This document shows positions 9,870-19,809 of a DNA stretch of 64,000 bases, piece by piece. Location: the NCBI GenBank assembly GCA_018396535.1, contig JAGTQC010000001.1, positions 160,001 through 224,000 of the forward strand, read 5' to 3'. The notes beneath the pieces are model-generated. The model had not been told where the DNA came from. It did no database searches and worked only from the letters and a program-made list of their open reading frames with translations. The number at the start of each line of letters is the position of its first letter. Position 1 is the first letter of the stretch. This DNA comes from Candidatus Bathyarchaeota archaeon. Lineage in GTDB: Archaea; Thermoproteota; CALKCG01; B24; DRYS01. The position numbers were made by a program, and so were the translations under genes.

Positions 9870-11228
9870 CTACCGCATCATATACTCTTCATAGCGTTTA
9901 ACATACTCGATAGATCTAGCTACATCCGAGAATAGATTCACCACATTCTCAACATCCTCTCTAGAAACTTTATCCCTCCCCTCTATCCTAGCCTTTTCAT
10001 ATGCAGGTGTTAACAGCTGTACAGCATACCTCAAAGATTTACTAGCACCTACATCTACAAGGTATTCTAATGCATCATCGCTTAGAGACACCCCCTCCTC
10101 CCTAGCTCTAATCTTCAAGATCTCTCTTATCTCATCCCTACTATACATCTCAGTATTTATTATGAGAAGCCTATCTAGGAGGTCTAGAGGCATACCATGG
10201 GGAGCCTCTAGATCCGTCCCTCTCACCCTAGTTATACCTCTATTGGTAGCAAAAACTATAATCGGGGCGAGCTCAGATTCTAGTACTGTACTTAGGAAGC
10301 TGAAGGCTTCTATATCGAGCATAGATACATCGTCTATGAATAGTACTCCAGGTATAATCTCAGCCGTACCCTCTTCGACCCTCTCCTTAACATACTCATC
10401 TACCCTCCTCCTAGTTTCAGAATCTATTTCTCCACCAGCTACCCCACCGAATAGCAGAGTGAAGAATCCGCCCCTACCCCTACTCTCCATCATATCTAGA
10501 TCGTGGAGGGTGACTAGGTATACAAACTCCTTCTCTTTCTCAACAGGACCTCTAGGCCTAGGTATAGGCTTCTCCGTATAATCAGCTATCTCGTAACGTT
10601 CAGCTGCATTCTCAGATCTACCCAGTCTTATAACTCTACCTGTTTCAGCATCTATCTGTATAACGTCGCCTACCCTTATACCTTGTGCAAGCATATTAGA
10701 AGCTAGATTCCCGCTTACCGTGAAGGATCTAGATTCACTAGTCGTAGTTAGAGTAATCCTAGCTGATTCAGCTACCTCCTGATACGGGTTGTATGGGTGC
10801 CTAGCGGTTTTAAGCTCGAAATGCGTTAACTCACCCTCATAGACCTTCCTCTTCTCTCTAAGTCTAACACCTATAGCCTTCCTAACAGCTCTCATTAAAA
10901 CCTCTGTCTTCTTCAATTCACTAGAGTATATCTCTGAGGCGTGGAGCGTTATGAATGGGACATCCCTACCAAGCTCCCTAGCTATGCCTATAGCTATAGC
11001 AGTCTTTCCAGTACCAGGCGGCCCTGCAAGCAGTATAGCTCTACCAGCCATCTTCCCTTTCCTAATCATCTGAACGATTATACCTGCAGCCTCCCTAGCA
11101 GCCACCTGCCCAACCATACCATCGGCTACAGGTAACGCTTTAAGCTTCTCATCTAGACCTAAGCCTTTAATATGGCTATGCACGCCTACCCTCTCGAATC
11201 TAGTTATAGGTGTTACACTATCCGTCAT
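9870..11228 (-). CDS. TIP49/RuvB-like AAA+ ATPase
   Basis: HSHIKGLG N-terminus, GPPGTGKT Walker A, FIDD Walker B, HG-PLDLLDR, SLRYAVQLL. Confidence 0.95.
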   Translation of the reverse strand: MTDSVTPITRFERVGVHSHIKGLGLDEKLKALPVADGMVGQVAAREAAGIIVQMIRKGKMAGRAILLAGPPGTGKTAIAIGIARELGRDVPFITLHASEIYSSELKKTEVLMRAVRKAIGVRLREKRKVYEGELTHFELKTARHPYNPYQEVAESARITLTTTSESRSFTVSGNLASNMLAQGIRVGDVIQIDAETGRVIRLGRSENAAERYEIADYTEKPIPRPRGPVEKEKEFVYLVTLHDLDMMESRGRGGFFTLLFGGVAGGEIDSETRRRVDEYVKERVEEGTAEIIPGVLFIDDVSMLDIEAFSFLSTVLESELAPIIVFATNRGITRVRGTDLEAPHGMPLDLLDRLLIINTEMYSRDEIREILKIRAREEGVSLSDDALEYLVDVGASKSLRYAVQLLTPAYEKARIEGRDKVSREDVENVVNLFSDVARSIEYVKRYEEYMMR

Positions 11229-11339
11229 GACGCTCCACCCTAGTAATCCATCATGAGATTCAGGGGTGTAGGTTAAGATAAAATTTATACCATACAGTTA
11301 GCTAAAAGTCATGGAGAACCCTAGATCGGAGGAGATACT

Positions 11340-11930
11340 GTGAATCCAGCAGCTATAGTATCCACTCTAGCTACACTCATACTAGCAGAGATGGGGGATA
11401 AAACACAGTTTGCAGCTCTAGCTCTATCCCTATGCAGCGATGGTAGTAGGCTACGGATATTCACAGGCTGTACCATCGGGTTTTTCCTAGCGAATATCGT
11501 AGCGATAGGTTTAGGAGGTTTCTTATCATCTATACTACCATACACGGTGATAAAGATGATCTCAGCTATAGCCTTCCTAATCTTTGGAATACTACTAATA
11601 AAGAGGGGGGAGAAGGCTATAACATCCATCGTAGGGGGGAGGTATAGCTTAATCTCATCGACAATCCTTATAGGATCGCTAGAGCTTGGGGATAAGACGA
11701 ATCTAGCGACACTAGGTTTAGCTACATACTTCGGGTTGCAATCGATTTACGAGCTTATGCTAGGATTGATTCTTGCTTCTATAACTCTGATGGGGGTAGC
11801 CTTCGCATCTGCATCACTAGTATCCAAGTATATATCCGTGGCTGGGATTCGACATATCTCAGCTTTGATATTCATAGCTGTAGCGTTATACATAATAATT
11901 GATACTCTAGCTATAGATGCCCTATCCTAG
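11340..11930 (+). CDS. TMEM165/GDT1 (UPF0016) family cation transporter
   Basis: Two E-x-GD-KT motifs (EMGDKT, ELGDKT) and about six hydrophobic helices. Confidence 0.9.
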   Translation: MNPAAIVSTLATLILAEMGDKTQFAALALSLCSDGSRLRIFTGCTIGFFLANIVAIGLGGFLSSILPYTVIKMISAIAFLIFGILLIKRGEKAITSIVGGRYSLISSTILIGSLELGDKTNLATLGLATYFGLQSIYELMLGLILASITLMGVAFASASLVSKYISVAGIRHISALIFIAVALYIIIDTLAIDALS

Positions 11931-13802
11931 AAGGCCTCTTCTTTTAAGCTCATCGGCTACATCCATCAACCCGAGTTTAACTAGCGTATCTAATCTAGGT
12001 ATACCCCTTTCATCCCATCCAAGGGATTCGAAGTATTCCCTCCGTAGATTTTCGAATTTTCCCCTATCCACGACGGCTTTAGCTTTAAAGCCTGATGGTA
12101 GAGGTTCATAGAATCTAGGTGGATTATCATCATCCTTTATAGGCTCCCAATATGCATCCGGTCCACCTATTAATAGTAGAGCTCTCTGTATAGATAGTAT
12201 CCTAGGCACGTATACATTATACCAATCATCCATAGTTATACCGAAGCCTGTAACACTATCTAGGAGGCGGAAGACAAGCTCACCTTCTACAGAGAAGCTG
12301 TTGAACGCACATAGTACGGCTGAATCTGCGAATAATGCGCCAGACTCTCTTAGATCTACCCTACCGGATCTCAACGGTATATTCGCTACAGATGTATGAT
12401 CACCTGCTTGCGTCGAACATGCGTAGGATGTCTCCATAGTATAGTCTAACCCACTCCTAATACCATGAGCACCTACAGCCACCCCCTTAACCTGAACAGC
12501 GTATCTTAAAGCATCAACCCCCTTCTTACTGCTTATAATCTTCGCAGCTCTATACGTACCTTCAGCTAGTATATCTCCTATACCATCCCTGTAAGCTATC
12601 ATATGCATAAGCTTAGCGAAAGCTTCAGTATCACCCCATCTAAGTGGGAATCCTATATCACTCTCATCGAGGATACCCTTCTCGTAGAGTTCAGCTGCGA
12701 ACCCCAGTACGTTACCAGTCTGGATGCCGCATAGCCCTAATTCATCAGCTTGCGAGCATATGTATACAACTGAATCTGGATCGAATATACCGAGATTAGA
12801 GCCTAGGTAAGCCTGCATCTCGTAATCCGGGTTATCGGTTATGCATCCTCTAAACCTCCCAGATCTTATACAAGCTATCTTAAGACATGTTATCGCACAA
12901 CCGAAGTCCCCCCAGAAACGCTTAACCCATAGCCTAGCTTCATAGTATGCGGTCGAAGCCTCTATTCTATCATGCCACTCCTCCTGCCAATTCCTCACAG
13001 GCTCGCTACTAGTAGCAGCAGCGACTGAGAGGAAGCCAGCTGATGTACCCCTATACCTCAAGTTATTAAAGCCTAGATGCGTTTTCCACACCTCTCTTAT
13101 CAACCTCTCCGTCTCAGCTATATCCTTAACCTCAGGTAGAGGATTAGTACCCTTAGCTACGATGGCTTTAAGGTTTTTAGAACCCATAACAGCTCCATAG
13201 CCTCCATAACCAGCTGCATGAGTCCATTTTGACATAACGACGGCTGTTCTAACCATCTTCTCACCAGCTGGACCTATATATAGTACACCAGGCTCCTTGA
13301 GTAATCCTCTACCAGGCCTCCACCCATACCTATCTACCCAATCCTTCACCAGGTATGCTAGAGTCTCCCTACCCCTCTTACCCCATATAACTGATGCATC
13401 TCTTATATCGACTTCATCGTTGAATATAGATATATAGACCGGCTTCTCCGCTCTCCCAGTTACGACTATACCATCATAACCAGCACACCTCAATTCTACA
13501 GGAAACTCGCTAGATACTGTAGAGCCTATCACTCCGTTACTTTGCGGAGATTTACCGGAGACGCAAATCCTAGCTCCTGGATAGTAACCTGTAAGCGGGC
13601 CTGTCAATAGTAGGAGAAGGTTCTCCTCCCCAAGCGGATCTATCGAATCCCACCGTCTACCAAACCTATCCCATAATATCTTAGTAGCTAACCCTCTTCC
13701 ACCTATATACATCCTAAGTGTATCCTCGTTAAGCTCTACCTCCTTAACAGAGCTGGTTGAAAGATCTACTTCTAGCAGTCTACCATTATATCCGTAAACC
13801 AT
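11922..13802 (-). CDS. Tungsten-containing aldehyde:ferredoxin oxidoreductase family, large subunit
   Basis: YIGGRGL, GAVMGSKNLKAI, C-ITC, DELGLC, LAEG and C-terminal GWDERGIP motifs. Confidence 0.93.
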   Translation of the reverse strand: MVYGYNGRLLEVDLSTSSVKEVELNEDTLRMYIGGRGLATKILWDRFGRRWDSIDPLGEENLLLLLTGPLTGYYPGARICVSGKSPQSNGVIGSTVSSEFPVELRCAGYDGIVVTGRAEKPVYISIFNDEVDIRDASVIWGKRGRETLAYLVKDWVDRYGWRPGRGLLKEPGVLYIGPAGEKMVRTAVVMSKWTHAAGYGGYGAVMGSKNLKAIVAKGTNPLPEVKDIAETERLIREVWKTHLGFNNLRYRGTSAGFLSVAAATSSEPVRNWQEEWHDRIEASTAYYEARLWVKRFWGDFGCAITCLKIACIRSGRFRGCITDNPDYEMQAYLGSNLGIFDPDSVVYICSQADELGLCGIQTGNVLGFAAELYEKGILDESDIGFPLRWGDTEAFAKLMHMIAYRDGIGDILAEGTYRAAKIISSKKGVDALRYAVQVKGVAVGAHGIRSGLDYTMETSYACSTQAGDHTSVANIPLRSGRVDLRESGALFADSAVLCAFNSFSVEGELVFRLLDSVTGFGITMDDWYNVYVPRILSIQRALLLIGGPDAYWEPIKDDDNPPRFYEPLPSGFKAKAVVDRGKFENLRREYFESLGWDERGIPRLDTLVKLGLMDVADELKRRGLLG

Positions 13803-13804
13803 GT

Positions 13805-14326
13805 CTAAACTACCTCCTCACCGTATAGGAGTATGGATAGATCCTTCGTAACATCGATAGGTTTACGAGCATAACCCTTCTTCAATATATCGAAATCTAA
13901 GCGGGGCTTTTCGAGTTTAACTAGTATTAGAGCGTTATAGCCCACCTCTTCACATACCTTAACACACTCCGGATCACCGCCACATAGATCGCATATGACA
14001 GCATAACCATCCCTCGGATGTATGAAGGGGACTGCTCCAGGACAGGCTTCTATACATTTACCGCATCCAGTACACTTCTCCTTATCTACGCGAACTGCAC
14101 CTGTATTCTCATCTATGGAAAGAGCTTTAAATGGGCATGAGTTAACGCATGGATAATCTACACACTGAGTACATAAATGGGGAACCTCTAACCCAGGAAC
14201 ATACATGAATATCCTTATCCTAGAAGCTTCAGGCCATATACGTCCTTCATGTTTTAAACTACATACGATCTCACACTTCCTACAACCACTACATCTTACA
14301 TAATCTCTAGCTATCCAGATAGGCAT
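13805..14326 (-). CDS. 4Fe-4S dicluster partner subunit of the AOR-family enzyme
   Basis: CSGCRKCEIVC, CTQC---PC--SCP, CTGCGKCIEACP and CDLCGGDPECVKVC; 2 nt upstream of the AOR gene. Confidence 0.92.
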   Translation of the reverse strand: MPIWIARDYVRCSGCRKCEIVCSLKHEGRIWPEASRIRIFMYVPGLEVPHLCTQCVDYPCVNSCPFKALSIDENTGAVRVDKEKCTGCGKCIEACPGAVPFIHPRDGYAVICDLCGGDPECVKVCEEVGYNALILVKLEKPRLDFDILKKGYARKPIDVTKDLSILLYGEEVV

Positions 14327-14638
14327 ACAATTCTCACCAGCCTTCTCGACGATCCTAGAGACTGGTTATAATATGGCTTATGTGGGAGGCTATATATCTT
14401 ACGGTATAAACTATAGATTTACGCATAGCTACCGATCTATACTCAAGGTAGGTAGGGATACCGTTTATAACGTTAATATGTTTAAAAACGATAGATACTA
14501 TAGGCTCTATATAGTTGAAGATGAGAATCAGGATTGTTTTACACATATATTTAAAGAAGCTATGCCATGAAGCGTAAAATTTAACAATAGTAATCGATTA
14601 AAATCTATCTGTACATCGTTTAGATAGAGGGTGGCTAT

Positions 14639-15496
14639 ATGGCTAAGATGAGTCATATTCAAGATCTTAAATTTAGGTTAATGACCGTGGATCTTTTAAG
14701 ACTAGCTAAGAAGAGGTTTACGTATAGAGATCTATCCAAGATGGTTAACCTTCAGATAACTGTTCTAAGCCGATATGTTAAGGGGCATGTTCTTCCAAGT
14801 ACTGATAGAGCTATAAAGATTTGGAGTACTCTAAACCCTATAGTCGGCCTTGAAAGCGAGCTTTGGCGTAGAGTAGTATTCGATGAGGAGGGATACTTTG
14901 ATAATACAGGTATAATAGGGAATTCGACGATACTACAGCTAGTAGCTCAGGATGCCCTTTCAAGGTTTGCTGGCGTACGTATAAATAAGGTTTTAACAGC
15001 AGCCGTCGATGGTATCCCGATCGCTACAGCTGTAGCGCAAGCTATGGATGTAGACCTCATTATAGCTAAGAAAAGTAAGGAGGTTGGTGTCTCAGAGTTT
15101 GTGGAGGAGAGCTATATCCTTAAGGATACCGGTATGGTTGTACCGCTGTATATACCTAAGAATGCTATAAAGAGGAGGGAAAGCATACTAATAGTCGATG
15201 ATATCATAAGGACAGGGGAGACTCAAAAAGCTTTGATAAGCTTAGTCCATAAATGTAAAGCTGAGGTTGCAGGTATCTATGCATTAGTAGCTATAGGTGA
15301 GAATATAGAAGCGAAAATCTCACCTCCACCAGGCTGTAGGGTTGAGATAGTATTGAGGATAAGGCCTGAGCAGATATCAAAGAGAAGCTTCGAAAATATA
15401 GGAAAGCAAAAAAGGAGGGAGGGTCAAACCCTATCTGACGATTTCACCTTTGATAGAAACTCCTCTAGCTCATTACGTCTAGGTAAACCTTCCTGA
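14639..15496 (+). CDS. HTH-phosphoribosyltransferase (PurR-like / APRT-like)
   Basis: N-terminal HTH (TYRDLS...VLSRYVKGHVLPS) and PRPP-binding LIVDDIIRTGET. Confidence 0.85.
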   Translation: MAKMSHIQDLKFRLMTVDLLRLAKKRFTYRDLSKMVNLQITVLSRYVKGHVLPSTDRAIKIWSTLNPIVGLESELWRRVVFDEEGYFDNTGIIGNSTILQLVAQDALSRFAGVRINKVLTAAVDGIPIATAVAQAMDVDLIIAKKSKEVGVSEFVEESYILKDTGMVVPLYIPKNAIKRRESILIVDDIIRTGETQKALISLVHKCKAEVAGIYALVAIGENIEAKISPPPGCRVEIVLRIRPEQISKRSFENIGKQKRREGQTLSDDFTFDRNSSSSLRLGKPS

Positions 15497-16365
15497 GCAC
15501 CCATCCTCGTAATCTTCAACGCAGCTGCTGCGTTCGCTATAAAGACGGCATCCTTTAGAGATTTCCCTTCAGCTAATGCTACAGCTAAAGCAGCATTGAA
15601 GGCATCTCCAGCTCCAGTAGTATCTACCGCTTCAACTTTTATAGCTCCGACATGAGTTGATGAGTAGCGGTCAACTATCAAAGCCCCTTCCTCGCCTAAA
15701 GTTACTACGACGGCTTCTACACCTAGATCTAGTATACTTCTAGCAGCTTTCTCTACATCGCTTAAACTCGCTGTAGGCATATTAGCAAGCATAGATAGCT
15801 CTACTCTATTAGGGGTTAAAATTGATATCTTACGGTATACGTCGCTGGGTAGCTCCCTACATGGAGCTGGATTCAGTATAGTTGTTACACCAGCTTCGTA
15901 TGCCTTCTCCAATGCGTAGATGGTTGTTTCGATAGGTATCTCGAGCTGTGTTAGAATCATATCGGATTCACGGATACGATCGATCGCTGAATCTATATCC
16001 TCCTTAGAGACTCTAGCATCTGTACCTGAAGCTACGGCTATCATATTCCTACCATATGCATCTACCATTATAAGCGCTATACCAGTATAGCTGGTAGGAT
16101 CTATTCTTACATAATCTGTATGTACACCATTCCTACGCAGGTTATCTATGAGGATTCTACCATCCTCATCCGCTCCAACCCTACCTACCATATAGGTTTC
16201 AGCACCAAGCCTAGCAGCTGCTACAGCTTGATTAGCACCCTTACCACCTGGAGATTTCTTAAAATCTAATCCTATAACGGTTTCACCTATAGATGGTAAT
16301 CTCGGAAGCTTAACAGTATAATCTACATGTATACTCCCGACTACGGTTATAACAGGCTTACCCAT
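15424..16365 (-). CDS. rbsK: Ribokinase
   Basis: PGGKGANQAVA, QLEIP, LNPAP, PN--E and DTTGAGDAF motifs. Confidence 0.93.
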   Translation of the reverse strand: MGKPVITVVGSIHVDYTVKLPRLPSIGETVIGLDFKKSPGGKGANQAVAAARLGAETYMVGRVGADEDGRILIDNLRRNGVHTDYVRIDPTSYTGIALIMVDAYGRNMIAVASGTDARVSKEDIDSAIDRIRESDMILTQLEIPIETTIYALEKAYEAGVTTILNPAPCRELPSDVYRKISILTPNRVELSMLANMPTASLSDVEKAARSILDLGVEAVVVTLGEEGALIVDRYSSTHVGAIKVEAVDTTGAGDAFNAALAVALAEGKSLKDAVFIANAAAALKITRMGAQEGLPRRNELEEFLSKVKSSDRV

Positions 16366-16429
16366 TCCCAGATAATATACTCAGCTACCCAGGTTTATAA
16401 CGGTTTCAGTAGATAGGCTGTCTATATAT

Positions 16430-16960
16430 CTACCTCTTCCTAGATACGATCGATCTAGCTTCCTCGATCCATGTGGATGTAAGCTTCTCAGATACTTTAA
16501 GCTTAACAGCAAGCTCCTTAGGATCGGCTTTAGCTAAATCTTCGATCGAATGTATACCGATACTCAAAAGCTTCTCCTCCCTTTTCTCACCTATCCCACG
16601 AATCATCCTTAAACCCTCTCTTTTACCCTTTCTAACATACCTAGTTGGGGTAGGCTCCTCAAGTACTTCAAGACTATTATCTGAAGATTGCTTAACATCA
16701 ATCTGAGCTGGAGTATCCCTGATCAAATCGACTCCAGTTATATTAGTAGCTTGGATAGAGGGTTTATCAGCTTTGAATTCTATGGATGGGGATTCATCAG
16801 CATCGATAACCCTACCAACTCCACCCTCGGTTGGATTACATCCTTCTATACCTACACCAGTATTTCTATCATGCTTTCTAAAGCGGTGAAAACCTAAGAT
16901 GAATATGGATATCACCGCTACAGATACCAGTATACCGACCGCTATATCCGTAGCTATCAT
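16430..16960 (-). CDS. Membrane-anchored protein with C-terminal helix-hairpin-helix (DUF4332-like) domain
   Basis: N-terminal TM helix, low-complexity linker, IRGIGEKREEKL--IGI-SIEDLA...WIEEA. Confidence 0.7.
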   Translation of the reverse strand: MIATDIAVGILVSVAVISIFILGFHRFRKHDRNTGVGIEGCNPTEGGVGRVIDADESPSIEFKADKPSIQATNITGVDLIRDTPAQIDVKQSSDNSLEVLEEPTPTRYVRKGKREGLRMIRGIGEKREEKLLSIGIHSIEDLAKADPKELAVKLKVSEKLTSTWIEEARSIVSRKR

Positions 16961-17080
16961 ATCCTCCTATCCATGTTCAATGGAGGTGGAGCTTACTCTT
17001 CTATATGTTTTCTACACGACCGATTAAACTTAGATCTCTATGGATTAAAGGTTTAATCTATCCACTTAACCTATAACCAT

Positions 17081-18202
17081 ATGCATATGGGTATACTACT
17101 GGAAAGGTTTACATGGAAAGTAGATGTTCAAAAGTATTTAAAAGATCTTCTAGAGGATAGAGGAGCTAGAGCTCTAAGAGATTATCATGCTAGAAGGAAG
17201 CCTAGACCATGCGGTATAACAGTACATCCAGCTACGGGATGCCTATATCGATGCGTATATTGTTATGTAGCTGATATGGGGTTCAGAGAATTCAAACCAT
17301 ATCCATTGACTGGGTTAGAGATTGCTTTAGCATTAGCATCGAATCCATACATAGCTCCAGGACCTGTAGGTTCTCTAGCAGCCTTCGGCTCAGTAACAGA
17401 GCCTCTACTTAAAACTATAAGAGGGAAGACACTCGAGTATATAGAATGTATAGCTAAGACGATTAAGCTGTCATGCCAGATATCTACTAAGGAATATATA
17501 ACTAGAGAGTTTGCTTCAGCTATAAGGAGATTAGATAACGGGTTAAGCATCCTCGTAACCATAGTATCTATCGATCGATACATCGATCTTGAACCTCTCG
17601 CACCTAATCCGAAGCTAAGACTAGAATCTATAAGTAACTTTTCATCCGAGGGTTTGCATACAGTCCTCTTTCTCAGACCAGCTATACCAGGTATCTCCGA
17701 TAAAGAGGCTTACGATATTATATCGACAGCTCTAGATCATGGAGCTAGAGGTGTTATCGTAGGATCGCTGAGGGTGACGAGTAGTATAATGGATAAACTT
17801 AGAGTAGTAGGCGTAGATATAGAGTTTAATCGTAGTAGACTTAGGGGTGGTATCCAAATCACTGTAAGTAGAGATACGAAGGATAGGATAGTTAGGATAG
17901 CTAGAGAGGTTGGAGCTACAGTATATCCATCCGCATGTTCAGCTAACGTAGAAGCTCATGGCGAAGCATGTATTATCTGCCCCTATGGGCCATGCGGTAG
18001 CTTAGATAAAATACCAGAGATAAGCGAATCTGATATAAGAGAGCTTCTGGAAAGTATCATGTTAAAGACTAGATATATAGAGGTAGGTGAACGTAGTATA
18101 GTAATAGGTTTTGATAAGGAAGCTCGTATCCCAGATTGGGTGAAGTATTTCATAGAAGCAGTCTCTAGACGTATGGTTTGTATACGTAGAGTTTCAAGCT
18201 AG
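17081..18202 (+). CDS. Radical SAM protein (SplB/photolyase-like archaeal family)
   Basis: CLYRCVYC motif, GSVTEP, STK and LFLRP-IPG; Cys-rich C-terminal part. Confidence 0.82.
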   Translation: MHMGILLERFTWKVDVQKYLKDLLEDRGARALRDYHARRKPRPCGITVHPATGCLYRCVYCYVADMGFREFKPYPLTGLEIALALASNPYIAPGPVGSLAAFGSVTEPLLKTIRGKTLEYIECIAKTIKLSCQISTKEYITREFASAIRRLDNGLSILVTIVSIDRYIDLEPLAPNPKLRLESISNFSSEGLHTVLFLRPAIPGISDKEAYDIISTALDHGARGVIVGSLRVTSSIMDKLRVVGVDIEFNRSRLRGGIQITVSRDTKDRIVRIAREVGATVYPSACSANVEAHGEACIICPYGPCGSLDKIPEISESDIRELLESIMLKTRYIEVGERSIVIGFDKEARIPDWVKYFIEAVSRRMVCIRRVSS

Positions 18203-19641
18203 ATATGATCGTATACATCCTTCAGCTTAACCCATAACTCGTAGAATCTATCCCTCCTCGCCCTGTATATACTCGTAAGCTTAGAGTCGGGATCCACTAC
18301 ATCTACGATCTTAAGGAAGCGTTGAATAGCTTCCTCAGGACCTTTACACACCCCTGCTTTAAGCACTACCGGTATTAGAGCACCTACGCATACCCTCTCC
18401 TCCATAACCTTTACTCTCCTCTCATAGATAGATGCTCTTATAATATTCCAAAACCTACTCCTACTACCGCCGCCTGTTATACGTACTTCATCGATCCTGG
18501 ATTCGAACAGCTTCTCAATGAGATGCATGTAGAAGTATTCAAGGAAGGCTACCGATACAAGCATAGATCTAACTATCCTACCTACTACAGTTTCTCTAGC
18601 TTCCGATGTAGGCCATAAGCCTAATATCGACGCTGCTAGCCTAGGATCATCGAATGGGCTTCTATCACCCTGCGGGAAGAATAGGTATTCAGATCCTGCA
18701 TCAGATAATTCAGCTAAACGATAAGCTTCACCTATATCTAAACCTAAAACCCTACTGATGAACCAATCTATGAACCCTCCTGTCACCGGAGCTGCTCCAG
18801 CTAGATATCCCGCTATAGGATGTTTATGGTAGTAGAGTGCTGGATGAAGCTTTATCTCCCTAGCGACATACTTAGGGACAGTAGTTGATCCACAACCTAT
18901 CGAGAAATCTCCTGGGGATATGCATCCAGAAGCTAGAGCTGAAGCATTTCCATCAGTTATACCGTGGAATATCTTAGCACCGTATAACCCAAGTTCATCA
19001 GCAAGCCTACTCCTAGCTATACCAGCGTAATCTCCGCATCCAACTATCCTAGGCATCAATGTTAGATCGACACCGACTTCATCGAATAGAGGCTTAAACC
19101 AGCATGGAGGATCAACCGTTATATCCTCACCGAATTTTAAAGCATTAGTATGATCGACTTCTAGATCCTCCCATAGAGATCCTTCAGGTATTATTAACCT
19201 ATAAGTTAGCCATGTAGTAGGTGGTAGGATCCATCTAGCCTTACGGAAGATATCAGGCTTCATCTTCATAAGCTTCAGGATCCTTGGTAACGGTGATGTA
19301 GCTGAGATAGCAGACCCCTTCCTTCCTATCTCCAAGACGGAAGGCATGGATTTAATCTCTTCATACTCCTCTACAGCCTTCTCGTAGTACATAGATGGGG
19401 GGAATAGGGGTGTACCATATCGATCGACTACTACGAAGCTTCCAGAAGTGCTATCGACGACGACGATCTTCTCCTCATCAGATTCTCGTATATCTGGCAT
19501 AGCTTCCTTCAAAGCGTTAACCCAATCTACGGTATCCTGTTTATCGATCTTGGCAGATCCGTATGCTTTGAGAAAACCATACTCATCGAAAACCTCGATT
19601 CTAACACCAGTAGTACCTAGATCTATAGATGTTAAAAGCAT
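18199..19641 (-). CDS. FGGY-family carbohydrate kinase (xylulokinase-like)
   Basis: IDLGTTG, TDGNA, GDRSPF and TGGGSRS--W motifs; start placed at MLLTSIDLG. Confidence 0.9.
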   Translation of the reverse strand: MLLTSIDLGTTGVRIEVFDEYGFLKAYGSAKIDKQDTVDWVNALKEAMPDIRESDEEKIVVVDSTSGSFVVVDRYGTPLFPPSMYYEKAVEEYEEIKSMPSVLEIGRKGSAISATSPLPRILKLMKMKPDIFRKARWILPPTTWLTYRLIIPEGSLWEDLEVDHTNALKFGEDITVDPPCWFKPLFDEVGVDLTLMPRIVGCGDYAGIARSRLADELGLYGAKIFHGITDGNASALASGCISPGDFSIGCGSTTVPKYVAREIKLHPALYYHKHPIAGYLAGAAPVTGGFIDWFISRVLGLDIGEAYRLAELSDAGSEYLFFPQGDRSPFDDPRLAASILGLWPTSEARETVVGRIVRSMLVSVAFLEYFYMHLIEKLFESRIDEVRITGGGSRSRFWNIIRASIYERRVKVMEERVCVGALIPVVLKAGVCKGPEEAIQRFLKIVDVVDPDSKLTSIYRARRDRFYELWVKLKDVYDHI

Positions 19642-19809
19642 AGCGTAAAAATCTATATACGAATTCATATATTTATCCTTTAGCATATATATTATGCATC
19701 CATATACATATATTGATATGCATTATCCCTCAATCCATAATGATTAAGCGAACAGTTTTAGTGTTAATCCTTATCTTAGACTGAAGCTGATCATTATAAC
19801 GTTGAATCG

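Noticed and set aside
14463-14471. GTTTATAAC resembling a SurR (GTTn3AAC) site upstream of the AOR operon
   Set aside because: Single short match in AT-rich DNA with no evidence for the regulator
14355-14570. Two overlapping 63-65 aa ORFs in the divergent AOR/PRTase intergenic region
   Set aside because: No motifs or SD; the region is better explained as divergent promoters
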